From Amoebophrya sp. A120 (Eukaryota; Protista; Dinoflagellata): a stretch of 64,000 nt of DNA. The stretch spans positions 860,564 through 924,563 of the forward strand of contig CAJINV010000005.1 in NCBI GenBank assembly GCA_905178155.1, in the 5' to 3' direction. Positions 36,412 through 49,771 of this stretch are shown one piece after another; the first letter of the stretch is position 1, and the number at the start of each line of letters is the position of its first letter. The notes beneath the pieces are model-generated. The model was not told the DNA's origin. It saw nothing but the letters and a program-made list of their open reading frames with translations, and ran no database searches. The translations under genes were made by a program, and so were the position numbers.

Positions 36412-37586
36412 TTACACGACGAGAAAATAGCTACACACGACAACAAAAGCGATAAACAGGTTGTCATAGTCTTTGCTCAATCCTTCCGCGATCGCAATGG
36501 CGGCGGCGATTAGTATTCTCTGTATCGTGTTCCCGAAAGTGAGACTGAAAAACCCCGCGACAAAAACCGCGAGAGTGCCGCCCACCGTCTTGTTGCCGAT
36601 CCAGCTCGGATTCTGCTTCGGAAAGTTCCTCGAAAGCCACTTCCCGACCACGGCGCCGCAGGGATCGGCGAAAAAAACGGGGCGGATGATGGCTAGGGGG
36701 GTCTGCGTGTAGAAGAAAAGCCCGACAATTATCTGTTTTGAACAATTGAAAGAGTCGGTTCTTTTTTAGGAAATAAAGCTTTTTCACGTTGGGCCAACAT
36801 GCGCAAAATTGTATACAATGCCTCCACTCCAGCACGTTTTAAAAGCTGAAGATCATTTTAGTTGTACCAGGTACACCGTTATCCCCACGTCCTTGTCTCT
36901 TGAGTAGCGGAACTTTATTGGCGCGACTGGCGACCAGACCATAAACAATGAGGACACCACGACGGAGTACACGAAGTATCGGGCGAGCCAGTCGGAGGGA
37001 TCGAGGAATAGCATCATAAAGCCGGATGCTGTTTTGGATTTTTGGATTCGCATTCGAAAAACAAAAAGGTAAACTTACATCGACGGAAATTTCCGTGTAA
37101 TTAGTAAGTACAACGCACGCGTCTACTTCTCCCTCCTACAATGCAGCTTGTTTTTCATCTACAACGGCGTTCCGTCAGTAGTAAAATCGCAGAAGACCTG
37201 CATGCACGAACTTCCGTGATAGGAAGATCGATAGCGAACTAAATTCGCCAACCAAGAGCACACCAAGCTCAAACACAATCCACCCAACGGTGTTAGGGGA
37301 GGCCATTTTTTTCGTTTGTCTGTGTTTCCTCGAAAACTATCTTATAGACACACAAGAATCCTATTGCTCTCGACAATGCGCTAACTAAGTACATCAACCA
37401 AATTTACACAATATTAACAAGCTGGATTGCGAAGTAGTACCTGAATGCATGAGTTTCCTTGCCGCGAAGGGGCTAAGGAAGGTCGCGAACTCACACACAG
37501 CCAGCAGCACGCACTCCACGAGAATCAAGGTTTTGGTGTCCAGATACACCGCGTCCAAACCCATTTTTGCTGCGCTCGACGTCATT
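36412..37586 (-). CDS. Phytol/dolichol kinase-like (CTP-dependent polyprenol kinase family) membrane protein
   Basis: RKLMH...G; FFADPCGAVVGK; NKTVGGTLAVF; AEGLSKDYDNL, the motif order typical of the SEC59/VTE5/DGK1 family. GT-AG intron 37029-37440. Confidence 0.75.
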
Positions 37587-38850
37587 TTTGCGATACTTAA
37601 TCGGAATATTTGTTCACAGTAGCTTTTATTTCCCCAGTGGAATGGAACCAGCACGAAAGGACTCGCGGACAAAACAAAGACGCGCACGAAGAGCAAGAGA
37701 AGCGACTCGGCGACCAAAATCAAAGTATTGTTCGACCTTCAAGTTACACCGAAAGTATTGCTTTTCCTTGTAGTGCTTCCCGCCGGCGGCATGGCAGTTG
37801 ATCGGGGCAAAAATTCTCCGAATGCTGAGTAGTTGCAGAAGGTTTATTTTGTAGCCGACACGCTAGAATCAGGAGGTAGCCCGATTGTTGGGCGCGACGA
37901 TCATAACCCGAGGCTGGAAGTACGGACTGCGAGCTGTACCGACATTTTTATTTGTCATTGATGTAGATTTTGCATTTTGAAGGATATGATCGACAATTCC
38001 AGGTACTGCGATAACCAATTCAACAAGTCAATGCCAAAAAACTTGAATAAAGAAAACCGAAAAATTACTTACTCGTTATGTGTCGAAAACGTGATACTTA
38101 TCATACAAAGCCACTCACTACCAGTTGCATATAATACGGAAATGCTCCACTACAGATGCTACTTCTGAATTGTCAACGGTGCTGGGGGATGTGGAAACTT
38201 TTCATCAAGAAGCTAAGTAGTAGGTCGTAGGGAGTGCAATGCAAAGAACGAGACTGGACGTGAAAGAAAGACATGTTGCGGCCGTCAGAATGATAGATTG
38301 AAAAGAAACGACACGAAAGATGAACTCATCCCAAAAAAACCGGCGTACCCGAGAAAACAGAAGCACTTCAAGCTCCCTCGCTCGTCGGAGGGAAAGCAGC
38401 ATCAGAAGTTCCACACTTCTTGTGCGACGTCCAGTGCAACAACGTCGCATTGAAGAGTTCCGCATTTGGTAAGTGATGAATATGTCGTTGCACCATGTGA
38501 TAACATTTTGCGTTCTTGCTCATCATGTGTAATAAAACACAGTCTTTCGATGTACTTCCAGTCGCCCAAAAACAGTGTCAACAGATGATTTTCGGAGGTT
38601 TTCTTATGTCTCTTGTGCTTGCCCGCACTCCTCGTCGCATGGGAGTGGAGATTTATTTCTGACGCTTTTTCTGTTTCATTTGATTTACAGTGCTTTGTGT
38701 GGCGCTATGGTAGAAGTAGGTGGTCTTTCTACCTCGTCAACATTGAATTTGAATAAATGTGTACAAATTAAAACTTTATGGGAAATGATAGGCATCTCAT
38801 GTAGTGTGCTCGTAGCTTCTGCGTTTCTCTTCCCATGTAAAGATACTGCA

Positions 38851-39699
38851 TCAGTCCTCGAAGTCCTGTAGCAGCTGCACCAGGTCGAGCTTGCTATCCT
38901 TCACGCCCTGTGCCTCCAAAGCCTGCTCGAAAAGCTCCTGGCTTGTGTGTCCAAATTCACTTGCCGGGTCAATCGCGAATCTGAGTCAATTTCGATCTTC
39001 ATGCGTTTCAACTAAATAGAGATTTTTCATCAATCTGGCACCATACGCGAACAAGATCATCTTCCCTATGCGTACTATTCTAAAAAATTGTACTGGCACA
39101 TTTGAAAAAATACGACTGCAGCACTACGTAAAGAAATCCTACATTTCTTCCACAAGAAAAGCGAAGGAGTCTTGGTTCATCACGGTTCCGTCTAGGAATT
39201 TGGACAGTGAAAACCCCGGCTGCTTTTTCTCGATGACCCTCTGCAGCCGGTCGATGAACTTCTGAAACACCTTGCTGCCCCGAGAAGCGGTACTGCTACT
39301 GCTTCCAGAGATCATTTTTGCCGATGACAAATTCTTGCTGTCGAGAAGGATCTTCATCTTGTCGCCCGCATTTATTGATGGTGAGATGTCTGTAGTCGAT
39401 GTGGGTGCAGCCCCTGTGACAGCAGGTGTAGCTGTCCCCGTATTTGCTAGTACTGTTTCCGCCTCTTTTAATATCGATGACTCTGGGTCGGACGACGAGG
39501 CTGCGGTGGATTGCCCGCTTGAAACGGAATTGCTGGCGGATATTCCTGGGGCAGGTAGTTGTCCAACTGTACTGCTAGAAGCCATCTTGCCGCGTGAATG
39601 ATCAGCACTGCTGTTCTGCGCTTCGTCTCGGGTGCGGTCCAGCGTCTCGTCTAGTTTAGCGAGGAACTCCTCCTCCTGCCGCTCCCAGTAGGTAGCCAT
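38851..39699 (-). CDS. Two-exon hypothetical protein
   Basis: MATYWERQEEEFLAKL...FAFLVEE, followed by an inferred terminal exon FAIDPASEFGH...LLQDFED*. Confidence 0.55.
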
Positions 39700-40210
39700 G
39701 ATGGAGGACTGTCTTTTTGTTTTCCGTGCTCTGTCTGAAAAATTCTTTAAGACCACCTTTTTCCAAAACAGTACTATTCCTAGTCTCAGGCCAAGCACCG
39801 TATAATGCAGTGTTTATTCATGGATAGTTTGCATTAAATTCTGTGTGTGCCATCTCAATAAAATCGCGTCATTCATCTTCACGCTTTGCGAAAAAGTAGG
39901 ACGTTGCTCTTCGTGCCTCTATGACTCGCAGTGAGTTGTATCCTCTACCGTTATTTGCAGCATACTATCCGCAGCTTCCAAACAAGTGGCTGGAAAACAT
40001 GAAGCGAACACATTATCGCATTTCTGTTCGCGATAAACAAAGACCCTTGTTTTTCCGTGTGTACTATCTGCGTCTGCAATTTGTTTCACCGACAATGGCA
40101 GTCTAAGCCTGCAACCATCAATGACAACTGATGCGCAACCAGTGCCACCTTCTACTTCTAGAAGTATATTCACATCTTCGGAATAAATTCATCGACCACG
40201 ATGAAATCCT

Positions 40211-43200
40211 TCATCCTTTTATCAAATTCTTGACGACCCCAAACCTGTCCCAGAGCTCGGACAGCAGCGCCTCCCGCTCCGCGTCTGCGTCGTCCAGAAT
40301 GGCGCTCAAGTCGCGCATAAAGCGCTGCTTCTGGTCCTCAAGCTCGCTGATCTCGTCCCACAAAGGCTGCGCTTTCGACAACTGTTGGTCGTACTTTTCC
40401 TTCGTGACCCGTTCCCGCTGGGTCGCGAGCGTAACCGACTCCTGCAACACCTGATGCCGCTCGAGCAGCGGAGAGACGGCGGGTATCTTATTTGGAACTG
40501 CGGGTCTGCTGTTCGGCGTTTGCTGTGAAGAAGTTGAGGTGGAAGTGGGTTCTTCTTTTGGAGGGTTGCTATTTCTTTGTGAAGAGGAACCTTCGGAGGT
40601 CGAGGACAGAACCTTGCAGATATCCAGCAGCTCGTCCACCTCCCGCTCGCGTTGCTTTTGCGCCGAATCCTTTTCCGTCTGGTAAAACTCAACCCGCAAG
40701 TCCCTGACCTGTTTCTGCCGGGTCGCCAGTTCGTGCGAGATACTGGTCAACCGGGTCTGCAGCACGATCGCGTCCTGCTCCACCTGCTGCTGCAGTTTCT
40801 GCAGGTACTGCTTACAGGAGAGCAAGTCGGCGACCCGGAAGAGCACGTAGCGGTTGGTCAGGAGGTTGTGCAACGACGTGAATCCGCCACACCCGCTGGC
40901 CGTCGCGTTCATGTCCGCGTCGTCCGGTTCTATTTTTTCGAAAAAGTCTTTCCCCGGGATCAGCTTCAGCGCGGCGACCTCCTCCGGGGTTTTGTTGGCA
41001 ACGTTCTTGCTCTGCCGCTGCACGTCCTCCAGCTTCACAGGCGGCCTCCGCAGCCGTCGCGCTTTGAACACCGGCGAGCCGGGCGCGCCGGCCTGGTCCG
41101 AGCACTCAAAATGCCGCATGTCCACCCGCAGCATCTTGTCAGTGTAGTCGAAGCCCTCGGGGAGAACCTCAAATCGCGGCTCCCATTTCGAGGATATCGT
41201 AAATTGCGGGGTCGCTGGCGGCTGCTCAGAAGGTGTGCTATAATTTTCCTTCGCTGTAGTTGCATTTGCGGACGGTGGGGTGCTCGGCGCTGATTCATCT
41301 CTACTATATCCGGCGCTGTTCTTACTGATCGTTTTTTTACTGGTCTGACTTTCATGATCTGCTGTTGTAACTGTGGCTTCTGCATTCTTCGTCTCTACTG
41401 CTTTCGGTAGTGAAGCTTCCTTCTCCAGGGATGCAGCGATTTTTCCGGTGCTTTCCTGCGACGAAAACGAGTTCCCATCTGTTGATTTGCTCTTCTCCTC
41501 CTTCTCGTGCACGCCCTTAGCGCCACTGCTTTGAGGTGTTCCACTCCTTCTCGGTGCGACAGGCACTCGTATTTTGTGTTCCACCATCGAAAAGCCGTTC
41601 AGCACGGCGTAGAATCTTTGCACGAGAAATTTCCTCGCGACTAGCCGCAACTTTGGGAGGTCCACTTCCAACCCGTGATCGTACAGGTGCTGCGCCACGA
41701 CCATCTGCACCCGCCTCACCATCGTTTCGTCTTGCAAAAAATCCAGCGTGGTGATCTGCACGGCGCTGCTGTCCTCTGGCGCGGACTATCCTGTGCAAAA
41801 GTATCGTATTCGTAGTAATGGCATTCATGCATTTACAGATCTCTTTCTCAAGGTGAATCAGCATTACAAATTCAATAATGTAATGCTGGGCTACTTTGTC
41901 ATGCAATTTAGACTAGTACGATGCTTTTGCATTGCATACGGACGAGGAGTTGACAAAAACCACATGCTATCAAATGCAAAAATGTCTGGGTCTGGAAGAT
42001 TCATCCTGTTTTTGTATGACACAGAAGGTCTGGCATGGAAGATCTAGCATCACAGGTTTCGAGAACCTTCCGCGGTGCCGAATTCGCATGACAAATCCCC
42101 CATTTTGCTGGCAGAAAGTGGGCAGCTTTTGCTACCTATGCATAAGAGATTTTTCTGTCTTCTGAAATGCGCATCACAAGTTTGTATTCTTCCAGACCCA
42201 GACATATTTGCAATCCATACCTGCTCCGGCGTCACTTCCACCCGCTCGACCTCGCGAGCCAAGTTCGAACTTCGCTCGTTGCTATGGCTACTGCTGCTTG
42301 TCCCGCTGGCAAAGGTAGTAACTACAGTGGCACTTCTATCACTTTTCGTGCCGTTCATGCTGGAGCTCGCGGTCAAAAACGGGTTTTCCAGTCTCGGTTG
42401 TCGCCCGTTCCTGCTGCTGGCAGGGGAGGAAAATCGGTCGTCGTTTTCCCGACGTTTCTCTTGCTTTTCATGCGTTTCCTCCTCCTCTTCGCTTCCCTCC
42501 AGTCCAGAAAACGCGCCGCCAGTAGCGAGGTCGTCGCCCGTTTTCGAGGTCGATACGGAAAGTTCCTCGACTAGCTTGGAATATTCTATGCTGTTCGTCG
42601 TGTGGTCTTTACCAGTGGCACCACCAGCGGTACTTCTAGAGGAAAGGTTCTTGTTAGTCTCGTCTTTTATTGTGTCGTGTTGTGCTTTTTTTCTACTGCC
42701 CCCGCCACTCGTCCCCTCCAGCCACTGCTGCTGCGACAGCAGCATGTCCCTGCGAACGCACTTCGCCAGAAAGTCCCGTATAACCCGCCCAGGTGTTACA
42801 ATCTCAAACGTTACAATAGAATATGGAAATCTGTGATGCAAGAGTGCATGATCTAGCCAACTCTCATAGGATTGCGCTTTACAAGTTCCGGAGCCCCAAA
42901 CCCCAATATAATCTGGCGGAAGTTGTATTGCAAAAGGTAGAACGCTGTGCGAGTCTGTCATGCTCATCATGCAACACAACTTCCAGATTTTATTGTAACG
43001 TTTGAGATTGTAACGTTTGAGCAAGTCATATCCCGGACCCTCGATTTCTGCGAGTGCATCACCCGCGACAGCTCCTCCAAACTGGTGACCTGTTCGACGG
43101 GCTTCTTGAGCAACCGGAGCAGCCCGGACCCGATCGCAAACAGCGCCGCCCAGCCGCGCAGAAGAAAGGCGTCCCAGAAGAAACCGCAGACCAGCGGATC

Positions 43201-45051
43201 GACGACGTAGGAGAACAAGGTCATGATCCACTGATGCGAGAAGAGGTCCAAACTGAAACCGTACTTGTTCAACTGCCGCTGCAACCGCGCGTGCCGCTGC
43301 TCCCCGACAATTTGCGTGAACTGGTAGGATTTGTAGGCGAGCAGGGGGACGTTGGGGCTGAACAAATTGTAGTAGTCGTAGTGGTCGATGAGCGCGAGGA
43401 GGACCCAGAAACAAGCCGAGGGGTCGAACTGCAGGTGGATGAGCAAAACCCCCCCGACAAAGTTCATGCCCTGGCAGTACCCGATTTCCGGATGCGCGGT
43501 GGAGGTATCCCCAGTAAATTTCCCGCACACGAAGTACAGATTTGCGGTCTCTGCATGACAAAACTTGGCTTCGACCCTAACTTAGCATGATAAGTGTCAC
43601 ACTCCAAATTGGTGAAGTTTGTGATGCATTTTGTACATGTACGGGAATATTACTTAAATTTATATTGCATAGGAGGCGGCGCGGAGCACTTTGTGCAGCA
43701 AGACGCGGCCTTTTCTCTCCGGCGCGCTGAAATCCTCCAAATAGGGAAAGGTCCTGCACACGTCCCGGGCGATCTCGGTTTCCTTGTGCTCGGGAAGTTC
43801 TTGCTGCTGGAGGATCTCGAAAATCTGAGTGCGCGTGAGGGCAGACAGCGGAGAAGCTGCTTTTCTAACCGATATCGGCGAGAGTGCGGCGGTTAATCTA
43901 GACGGAGTCCGCGCCGCGGGCGAGAAACACACAGTCGCAGACGCGTCTTGTTCCGCAGCACTACTAGTAGTAGACGTGGCTGCTGTTTTCATAACACTAG
44001 TAGAATTCGCGGGCGTCTTGTTTCCGCTGCTGCTCTTGCTCATCTTCGGGGTCAGGACCCCGTAGTCCGCGGCGTTGAAGGAGGCTTTTCTCTTCGTCTC
44101 TGCTGGTACTACTTCTATGCCACTCGTGCTAGTACCATCTGGTTGATCTTCCCCGCTTTTCGCGTCTTCCAACACCAGCCGGGAGCGCATTTGCTCGACC
44201 AGTCTGCCGGTGCGCGCGGCGCGGAGCCACAGCCGCGGTCGGTCCCGGGGTAGCACGAGGCCCCGCAGAACGATGATTCCCAGCCATTTCTGCTTCTTGC
44301 TTTTCTGCACGAACTCGTGGTTGAGGAGGGACATTTGCTCCCAGTCGAGCAACGAAAGAAGCGCCACATGCTTCGCGAAGAGCACGTCAATCACCGCGCT
44401 GAACCGTTGCGGCGCGGCGGCGGAAGTTCTCCCGGAACTCGCAGACAGGGTGGCTCTTGCGGTTGCCGTCGTCGGGGGTTTTTCACTCGTGGAAGCTGCT
44501 GAATCGACAAGAACTCGATCGCCGCTTAAGGCAGCTGAAGACAGTTCTTGTGTGGTAGGAGGGTGGTGCTTCGCCGATACGCTTTCTAGAGTGCCTGTTG
44601 TAATTGTCGGGAAAGCCGGCGTCTGTTGACCAGCCCCCGCTAGTGGATTCCTTGTCAGCTTGCTTGTTGTCATCTCCGAGCTCGGTACAACTACCGTGGT
44701 TGGCAGGAGTGCGCCTGTACTGGTTCTGGTACTGGCAGTGCGACTCACATTACTTTCTGCAGCTGCGATCGCGCTCACACTATGATCCAAAGGACCTGCA
44801 CCTGCAGATTGAATCATCGCTGGACTCGGATCACCTACAGCAGTCGATGGTGAAAGTTGTCTTCTCTGCGGCGAGGACCCGGGTGAAGCAGTCCCTTGTG
44901 GAGGCCCACTCCGAGACGTCGACGAACGGAGAGTTGGCGATTTGCTGGAGGCGCTGGCGCTGTCTGTCGTGAAAACAGCCCCGCCTCCTGTCGGGCTGGA
45001 CGGTAAGGGGATCCCATCGGTCGAAAGGAAATTCTGCACCATTTTTGACAT
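40211..45051 (-). CDS. TBC-domain Rab GTPase-activating protein with a C-terminal coiled coil
   Basis: IARDVCRTF (IxxDxxR) and GYCQGMNF (YxQ), plus QWIMTLF...FWDAFL. Four introners removed in frame link ORFs 43660-45117, 42967-43530, 42050-43561 and 40211-41761. Confidence 0.9.
41787..41938. mobile_element. Introner family F, 152 bp
   Basis: TATCCTGTGCAAAAGTATCGTA / TACGATGCTTTTGCATTGCATA; TSD CGGAC. Join NSSS-APEDSS. Confidence 0.88.
41968..42219. mobile_element. Introner family A, 252 bp
   Basis: Family A TIRs; TSD CATGC/CCTGC (4/5 match). Join TPEQ-VVFVN. Confidence 0.88.
42779..43030. mobile_element. Introner family E, 252 bp
   Basis: TAT...ATA ends, subterminal inverted repeat GTTACAATCTCAAACGTTACAATA / TATTGTAACGTTTGAGATTGTAAC; TSD TCCCG. 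Join SRVRD-FLAK. Confidence 0.88.
43506..43671. mobile_element. Introner family D, 166 bp
   Basis: TAT...ATA ends, imperfect IR AGTAAATTTCCCGCACA / TGTACGGGAATATTACT; TSD GGAGG. Join LRAAS-TAHPEIGYCQG inside the TBC domain. Confidence 0.85.
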
Positions 45052-45597
45052 ACGTTTTTCCGCTATTGCCGTTGCGACAGCGACGAGCAGGAGTGACTTA
45101 AAAATAATAATAAACACGAGGAGTAATATTTAGTCGTCGTGTATCTTACTTCTACACGACACGGAGAAAGTACTATACCTCCACACACTACTTGAAGATA
45201 GAGTCGAAGCTAACTAGCATCATGAGTCCGCCATGTCATATCTTCAATGATGAAGAGATCTTCGCTACTCTCGGTGCACTTTTTCTCGGCTGGTCTGCTT
45301 GTAGTGAGTACGACAATTCTAAAGGTGATCTGATAGCAATCACGTGCAGGGCGAACGAACAAAAAAGAATCGGCCGAGATAAGAAGCTACGACACTGGTC
45401 ATGCTTTTCGTGTAAACAAGTATCTTTGTGCTGTTGTTTCAGTTTTGTTATTCGTAAGTTTAACCTTTCGAAGATGAAGTCGCTTCGTGTAGTTCTTCAA
45501 GTCGCCTGAAATAGTACCTTGTAGCCAAGAATCAAACTTTCACCATTGAGGAAGACCTGCTCCTGCCGTTGACATTAAGTTCAGATAAATTTCATCA

Positions 45598-48500
45598 TCA
45601 GTCCTCGTCATCCTCCTCATCGTCATCGTCATCAGCAAACAACCAGTCGTCGTTTGTTTCCACGTGCTCAAAAATCTGCCCGCCCGGCGCGAGGTCCTCC
45701 AGTCCTGCGGGAGCGGCAGAAGTAGTAGCTGTGGTATTGCTTGCTGCGCCTCCTGACGGATCCAGTTTCCTTCTTTTGGCATTATCGGAGGGAAAATTTT
45801 CGTCGTCGATTTCGTCGTCGTCTTCCATCAGAACGTCGTCCTCGTCTAGAAGACCACTGCGGAGTGTGCCGTGATTCGAAGCGCTGCCTTCTCCCGTGGC
45901 TGTCATCAACACGTCGTCTTCCAGAATAGCCGGCAAGGCGGCCCCGGCGTTGGCTGCAGAAGCCCCAGCTGGAGTAGTTTGTGGCTTCAGCATAGCTGCG
46001 CTGGAAGTAGATGCCGCTTGGTTCGGAGCTGCTGTTTTGAAGGGGAAATTATTTTTTCCTGCCCCTTTATTGATGATCCCGGCGCCCTTTTTCAAATCTA
46101 CACCGTCGTGGAAATCTGCGGAAACGATCCGCCCGTCAAATTTCCGCCCGTTGTAGTGCGACTTGTACATCTCAGCCTCATCCGGATCCTCAAACTGGAC
46201 CGTGACAAACCCTCGGTCCGCCGCGCCCAGGAAGGCCATAATGCGGACGGGAGGCTTCACCTGATTTTTGATTTTTCCTTTGCATTGAATTTCTTCGAAA
46301 CAAACAATTGGCTTCAACAAGAAACGCACTAATTGCCGTCAAAATCTTACTGTCACCAAAAATTTTTGCCATAGGTACGCCTAACGAGCACTGCTGAGTG
46401 AGGAGGAACAAGAACTGATAAACTGCAATTTTTTTGTACAAAGAAATACAAATACTAGCCATACAACATAGTCAGTGAATATAAAGTAAGTACTTTGTCC
46501 TGCTTCCCCGCCCGGCCCGGCAGCACGGCATCCCGGGCAAACGCGGCCTGCTGCGATTCCAACTTGGTCCGCGCCTGCGGGTTCCAGTCCAGGTAGTCTT
46601 CCAGAATGTCTTCGTATCAAATGTAAAAGTGTCTGGGTCTGGAAGGATCCGAACTTGTGATGCGCATTTTAGAACACAGAAAAATCTCTCATGCATAGGT
46701 AGCAAAAGCTGCCCACTTTCTGTCACCAAAATGGGGGACTTCTCATGCGGGTTCGGCATTGCGGAAGCTGCCTTCTCGAAACCTGTGATGCTAGAGCTTC
46801 CATGCCAGAACTTCTTTGTCATGCAAAAACAGCATGACTCTTCCAGACCCAGACATTTTTACATTTCGTACTTCGCGCAGTTCGTCGATGTAGCTCTGCT
46901 CCGTCCGGCCGGATTGGAGAATGGACTGCTTGTCGAACACGTTCCGCAACACGATCTGACACCGCAACTTCATCGCCCGTGCGCTGTCGTCCTCGTCCAT
47001 CCAGCTGTTCTGCATCTGCTTCTTCCGCGACCACTGGTTTTTGTTCTTCTGCGCCCCCGCGCCCTTCCCGGTCCAGTCCGCAGTGCCCCCGGTCTGCGCA
47101 ATCCGCTCCTTCAGGGCCGCCGTGGACAGTTGCTCCTTTTTGTACTCCGCGACCTGCACACTGATGAAGGACTTCTCGCCCGAATGCTCCGCGACGATCT
47201 CCTGCCCGTGGAACCGGTCAATGGCCTGCTGCACGGACTCCTTCCGGACAAATTTCACCAACCCGTCGCCCCGCGGCTCGTCCGTGCCGTCCTTCTTGTA
47301 CAGCTTGATGCTCGGTTCCTTCGTGGCGGGGTCGACCACGATGACGCCGCACTTCTTGAAAATCTCGTACAGCTCTCCGACCGTGATGGAGAGCGGTAAC
47401 TGGGACAGGTAAATGTCTGACACGTTCTTGCTCGCATTGTACACCCCCGCGAGCTTCTCGATTTTTTTCTTCTCCCGCCATCGCTTCCTTTTCAGTGCGT
47501 TTTTGGACAGCGGTTTGTTGTTCTCGTCGGTGTCGTCAACTAGAGATTCAGGATTTATTATTTTTCCACCCGATGTTGAATTGTTGTCCTGCTGTTGCTG
47601 CAGCGCGGATGCGGAACTAGCACTACCCGCTTGGGGTAATCTACTAGCACTGGAAGATGACGACGTCGCAGCCCCGTTTCCGACGAGGAGCGCAGAAGAA
47701 CTGCTGCTCGGTAGTACACCGTTACCACTAATATTCCCGTTTTTCGGTAGGGCAGCCGACTTTGAAGAGGTCGTCGCCACCATGGGTTCATCTCCGTCCG
47801 CAAATATTTCCTGCAGCACGGAAGTCCCTGGGACGCCGTCCCGATCCTCCGGGGAGCTGGACTATCCTGTGCAAAACAAGTATCGTACTCGTATAAATGC
47901 AAGTCTTGCATATTTTTCTTAAGGTAATTCAGCATGACAAATTTTATTTCTCATGCTGAAAAAATTTGCAATGCATTTATACGAGTGCGATACTTCTTTT
48001 GCAATGCATATGGACTGAATCTGGTTGATTTCTTGCTCAAGCTCCCTCCTTTCCTGTTCGGCCTTGACAAGGAGCTCATAATCCTCCACCGGACGCCAAC
48101 ACTCATCCACAATATCCCAGATCAACCTGATGTGGTGAGAAAAAATAATTTTGACTTCTTTTTGTTTGCTTCGTTTCCAGCAAGAGTGTATCGGAATTAT
48201 ATCGAATATAATCGAACCAACAGTTTCTTCGCAACTTTCCAACAAGGGGGGCCAGCGCGCTGTGAAGCGGTGGAGGCAAAAAAAAAAACGAGCGTAGGAG
48301 GAGGAGACGAGATCAACCTACTAGCCGATCTGTATCAGAGAGCAGAGGAGGTGCAGGATGAAAATAGCCCTCACAACATCTACTCCGAGGCGGAGAGCAA
48401 GCGGGCCAACGTCCCAGCAGGCGCGCATGAAAGATGATGAAAGAGCAAAGAATGAATTCATGTTTCATCAGAATTCGATTATCATTGTCAAGAATCGGTT

Positions 48501-49771
48501 GCCATTGCGACCATCTGAACAGTCTCGATAGATGAGCGTCAGCACAGCTGTAGTCTTACTTTGGCGGGAAAGGTCAGACCAGAAGCCACCGCCAAAACGC
48601 ATTGTCGGACTCGTATTGACGGGAAGAAGATGATGAATCAGCCTCGTCAGCGCATGAGTATGTCTGAGCGTGAGCATGCTGGTCTGATACAAGAACGCAT
48701 CCATAACCATGCGGGCGCGGAGAGACCTACATTACAAAAAAAGCACTTTTGATATATTGTCCTGTCGCGCACCGGAAGTTCAAGGAGGCGGACCATGTAG
48801 CAGAACTGCAACAGCCCCATGCGCTGAGACACGATTCATGACTGTGGCTCCATTTTCTTAGGGTAGAACTTCTGGACGAGATGGAAGCAACGCCAGACCG
48901 GATCGCTGCGAGGCGGCTTTTTGCTCATCTGTCTATTGCATCTCACGCGCCGTAGCTTTCACTTGTTCTTTCCGCTTGTAGTTTCCAACAAGCTCGCTGA
49001 AGGAAGCCAACACAAGCCGCATGACTTCTGCAGCCGCAGCTTCAGTCTCGGTGGTCCCCAGCTTTGTGGAAGTGCTTGGGTCAATTTGGCCTGTGAATCA
49101 AGCATTCTTGTTGGAAAATTACACTGTTATTTGCCGTACTGTCCACGAAGATTATCGCATATTCACATCCTCGAAGTCGGTACTTGCTGTTCTTACCGAG
49201 AGCCAACAAGAAGTCTGCGCGCTTGCAAACCCTACCTTTGAAAAAAGTTCTCGTCCTCCGCATGATGAAACGAAAACTCAATATATAACTCTGTTGCAAG
49301 CACGGCAGCGAACAATATGTCAGCGACTTCTCGGTAAAGACCACAACAACACCGTCATAGTACATTCGTCTGTTGTAAGAAAGTGATCATGATAGGACAA
49401 AGTTAAGATGAGAAATACAGATCGCAGGCGTCCGTGGTATGTTGGTGGTCGAAGGGCACTTGTTCGTGGTCCGGTCTCGCGGGGATTCCCGCCACCAAGT
49501 CCTGCATCTCCTTGCTGTCGTTCACTTTTTCCTCCAGGGCCCGCAGTCCCTCCCGCAGCTCCGTGACCTCGCCGATCGGGAGCCAGTTCGGCGTCACGCC
49601 CTGCTTGTAGCACAGCGTGTTGCCGTCAATGTGGCAGGACAGGTGCTTCAGAAGCAGTTGGTGGGGGAAGGGCGGGTCCTGCTTCCCCGTCGCGGGGTCC
49701 TGGATCCACCAGTTCTGCAAAACCGTGTCGTCGCCACAAAACGCGGCATACTTCTGCTTGAAGGCGTCCAT
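45598..49771 (-). CDS. HTATSF1: HIV Tat-specific factor 1 / Cus2-like U2 snRNP-associated splicing factor (GYF_2-like + RRM + UHM)
   Basis: RRM IYLSQLPLSIT..ELYEIFKKCGVI..DPATKEPSIKLY...RGDGLVKF..KESV..A; UHM IVLRNVF...ELREDI...GFVTVQF...NGRKFDGRIV; N-terminal W...IDGNTLCYKQGVTPNWLPIGEV. Introns include two introners and GT-AG 48127-49418. Confidence 0.88.
46615..46870. mobile_element. Introner family A, 256 bp, opposite orientation to 41968-42219
   Basis: Family A TIRs (right end GTA); TSD CTTCG. Join IDELRE-DILED. Confidence 0.9.
47863..48010. mobile_element. Introner family F, 148 bp
   Basis: Family F TIRs; TSD TGGAC. Join NQIQS-SSPEDR. Confidence 0.88.

Noticed and set aside
48127-49418. 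Nested plus-strand gene within the long HTATSF1 intron
   Set aside because: Only short ORFs with no recognisable motif or clear exon structure; unsupported.
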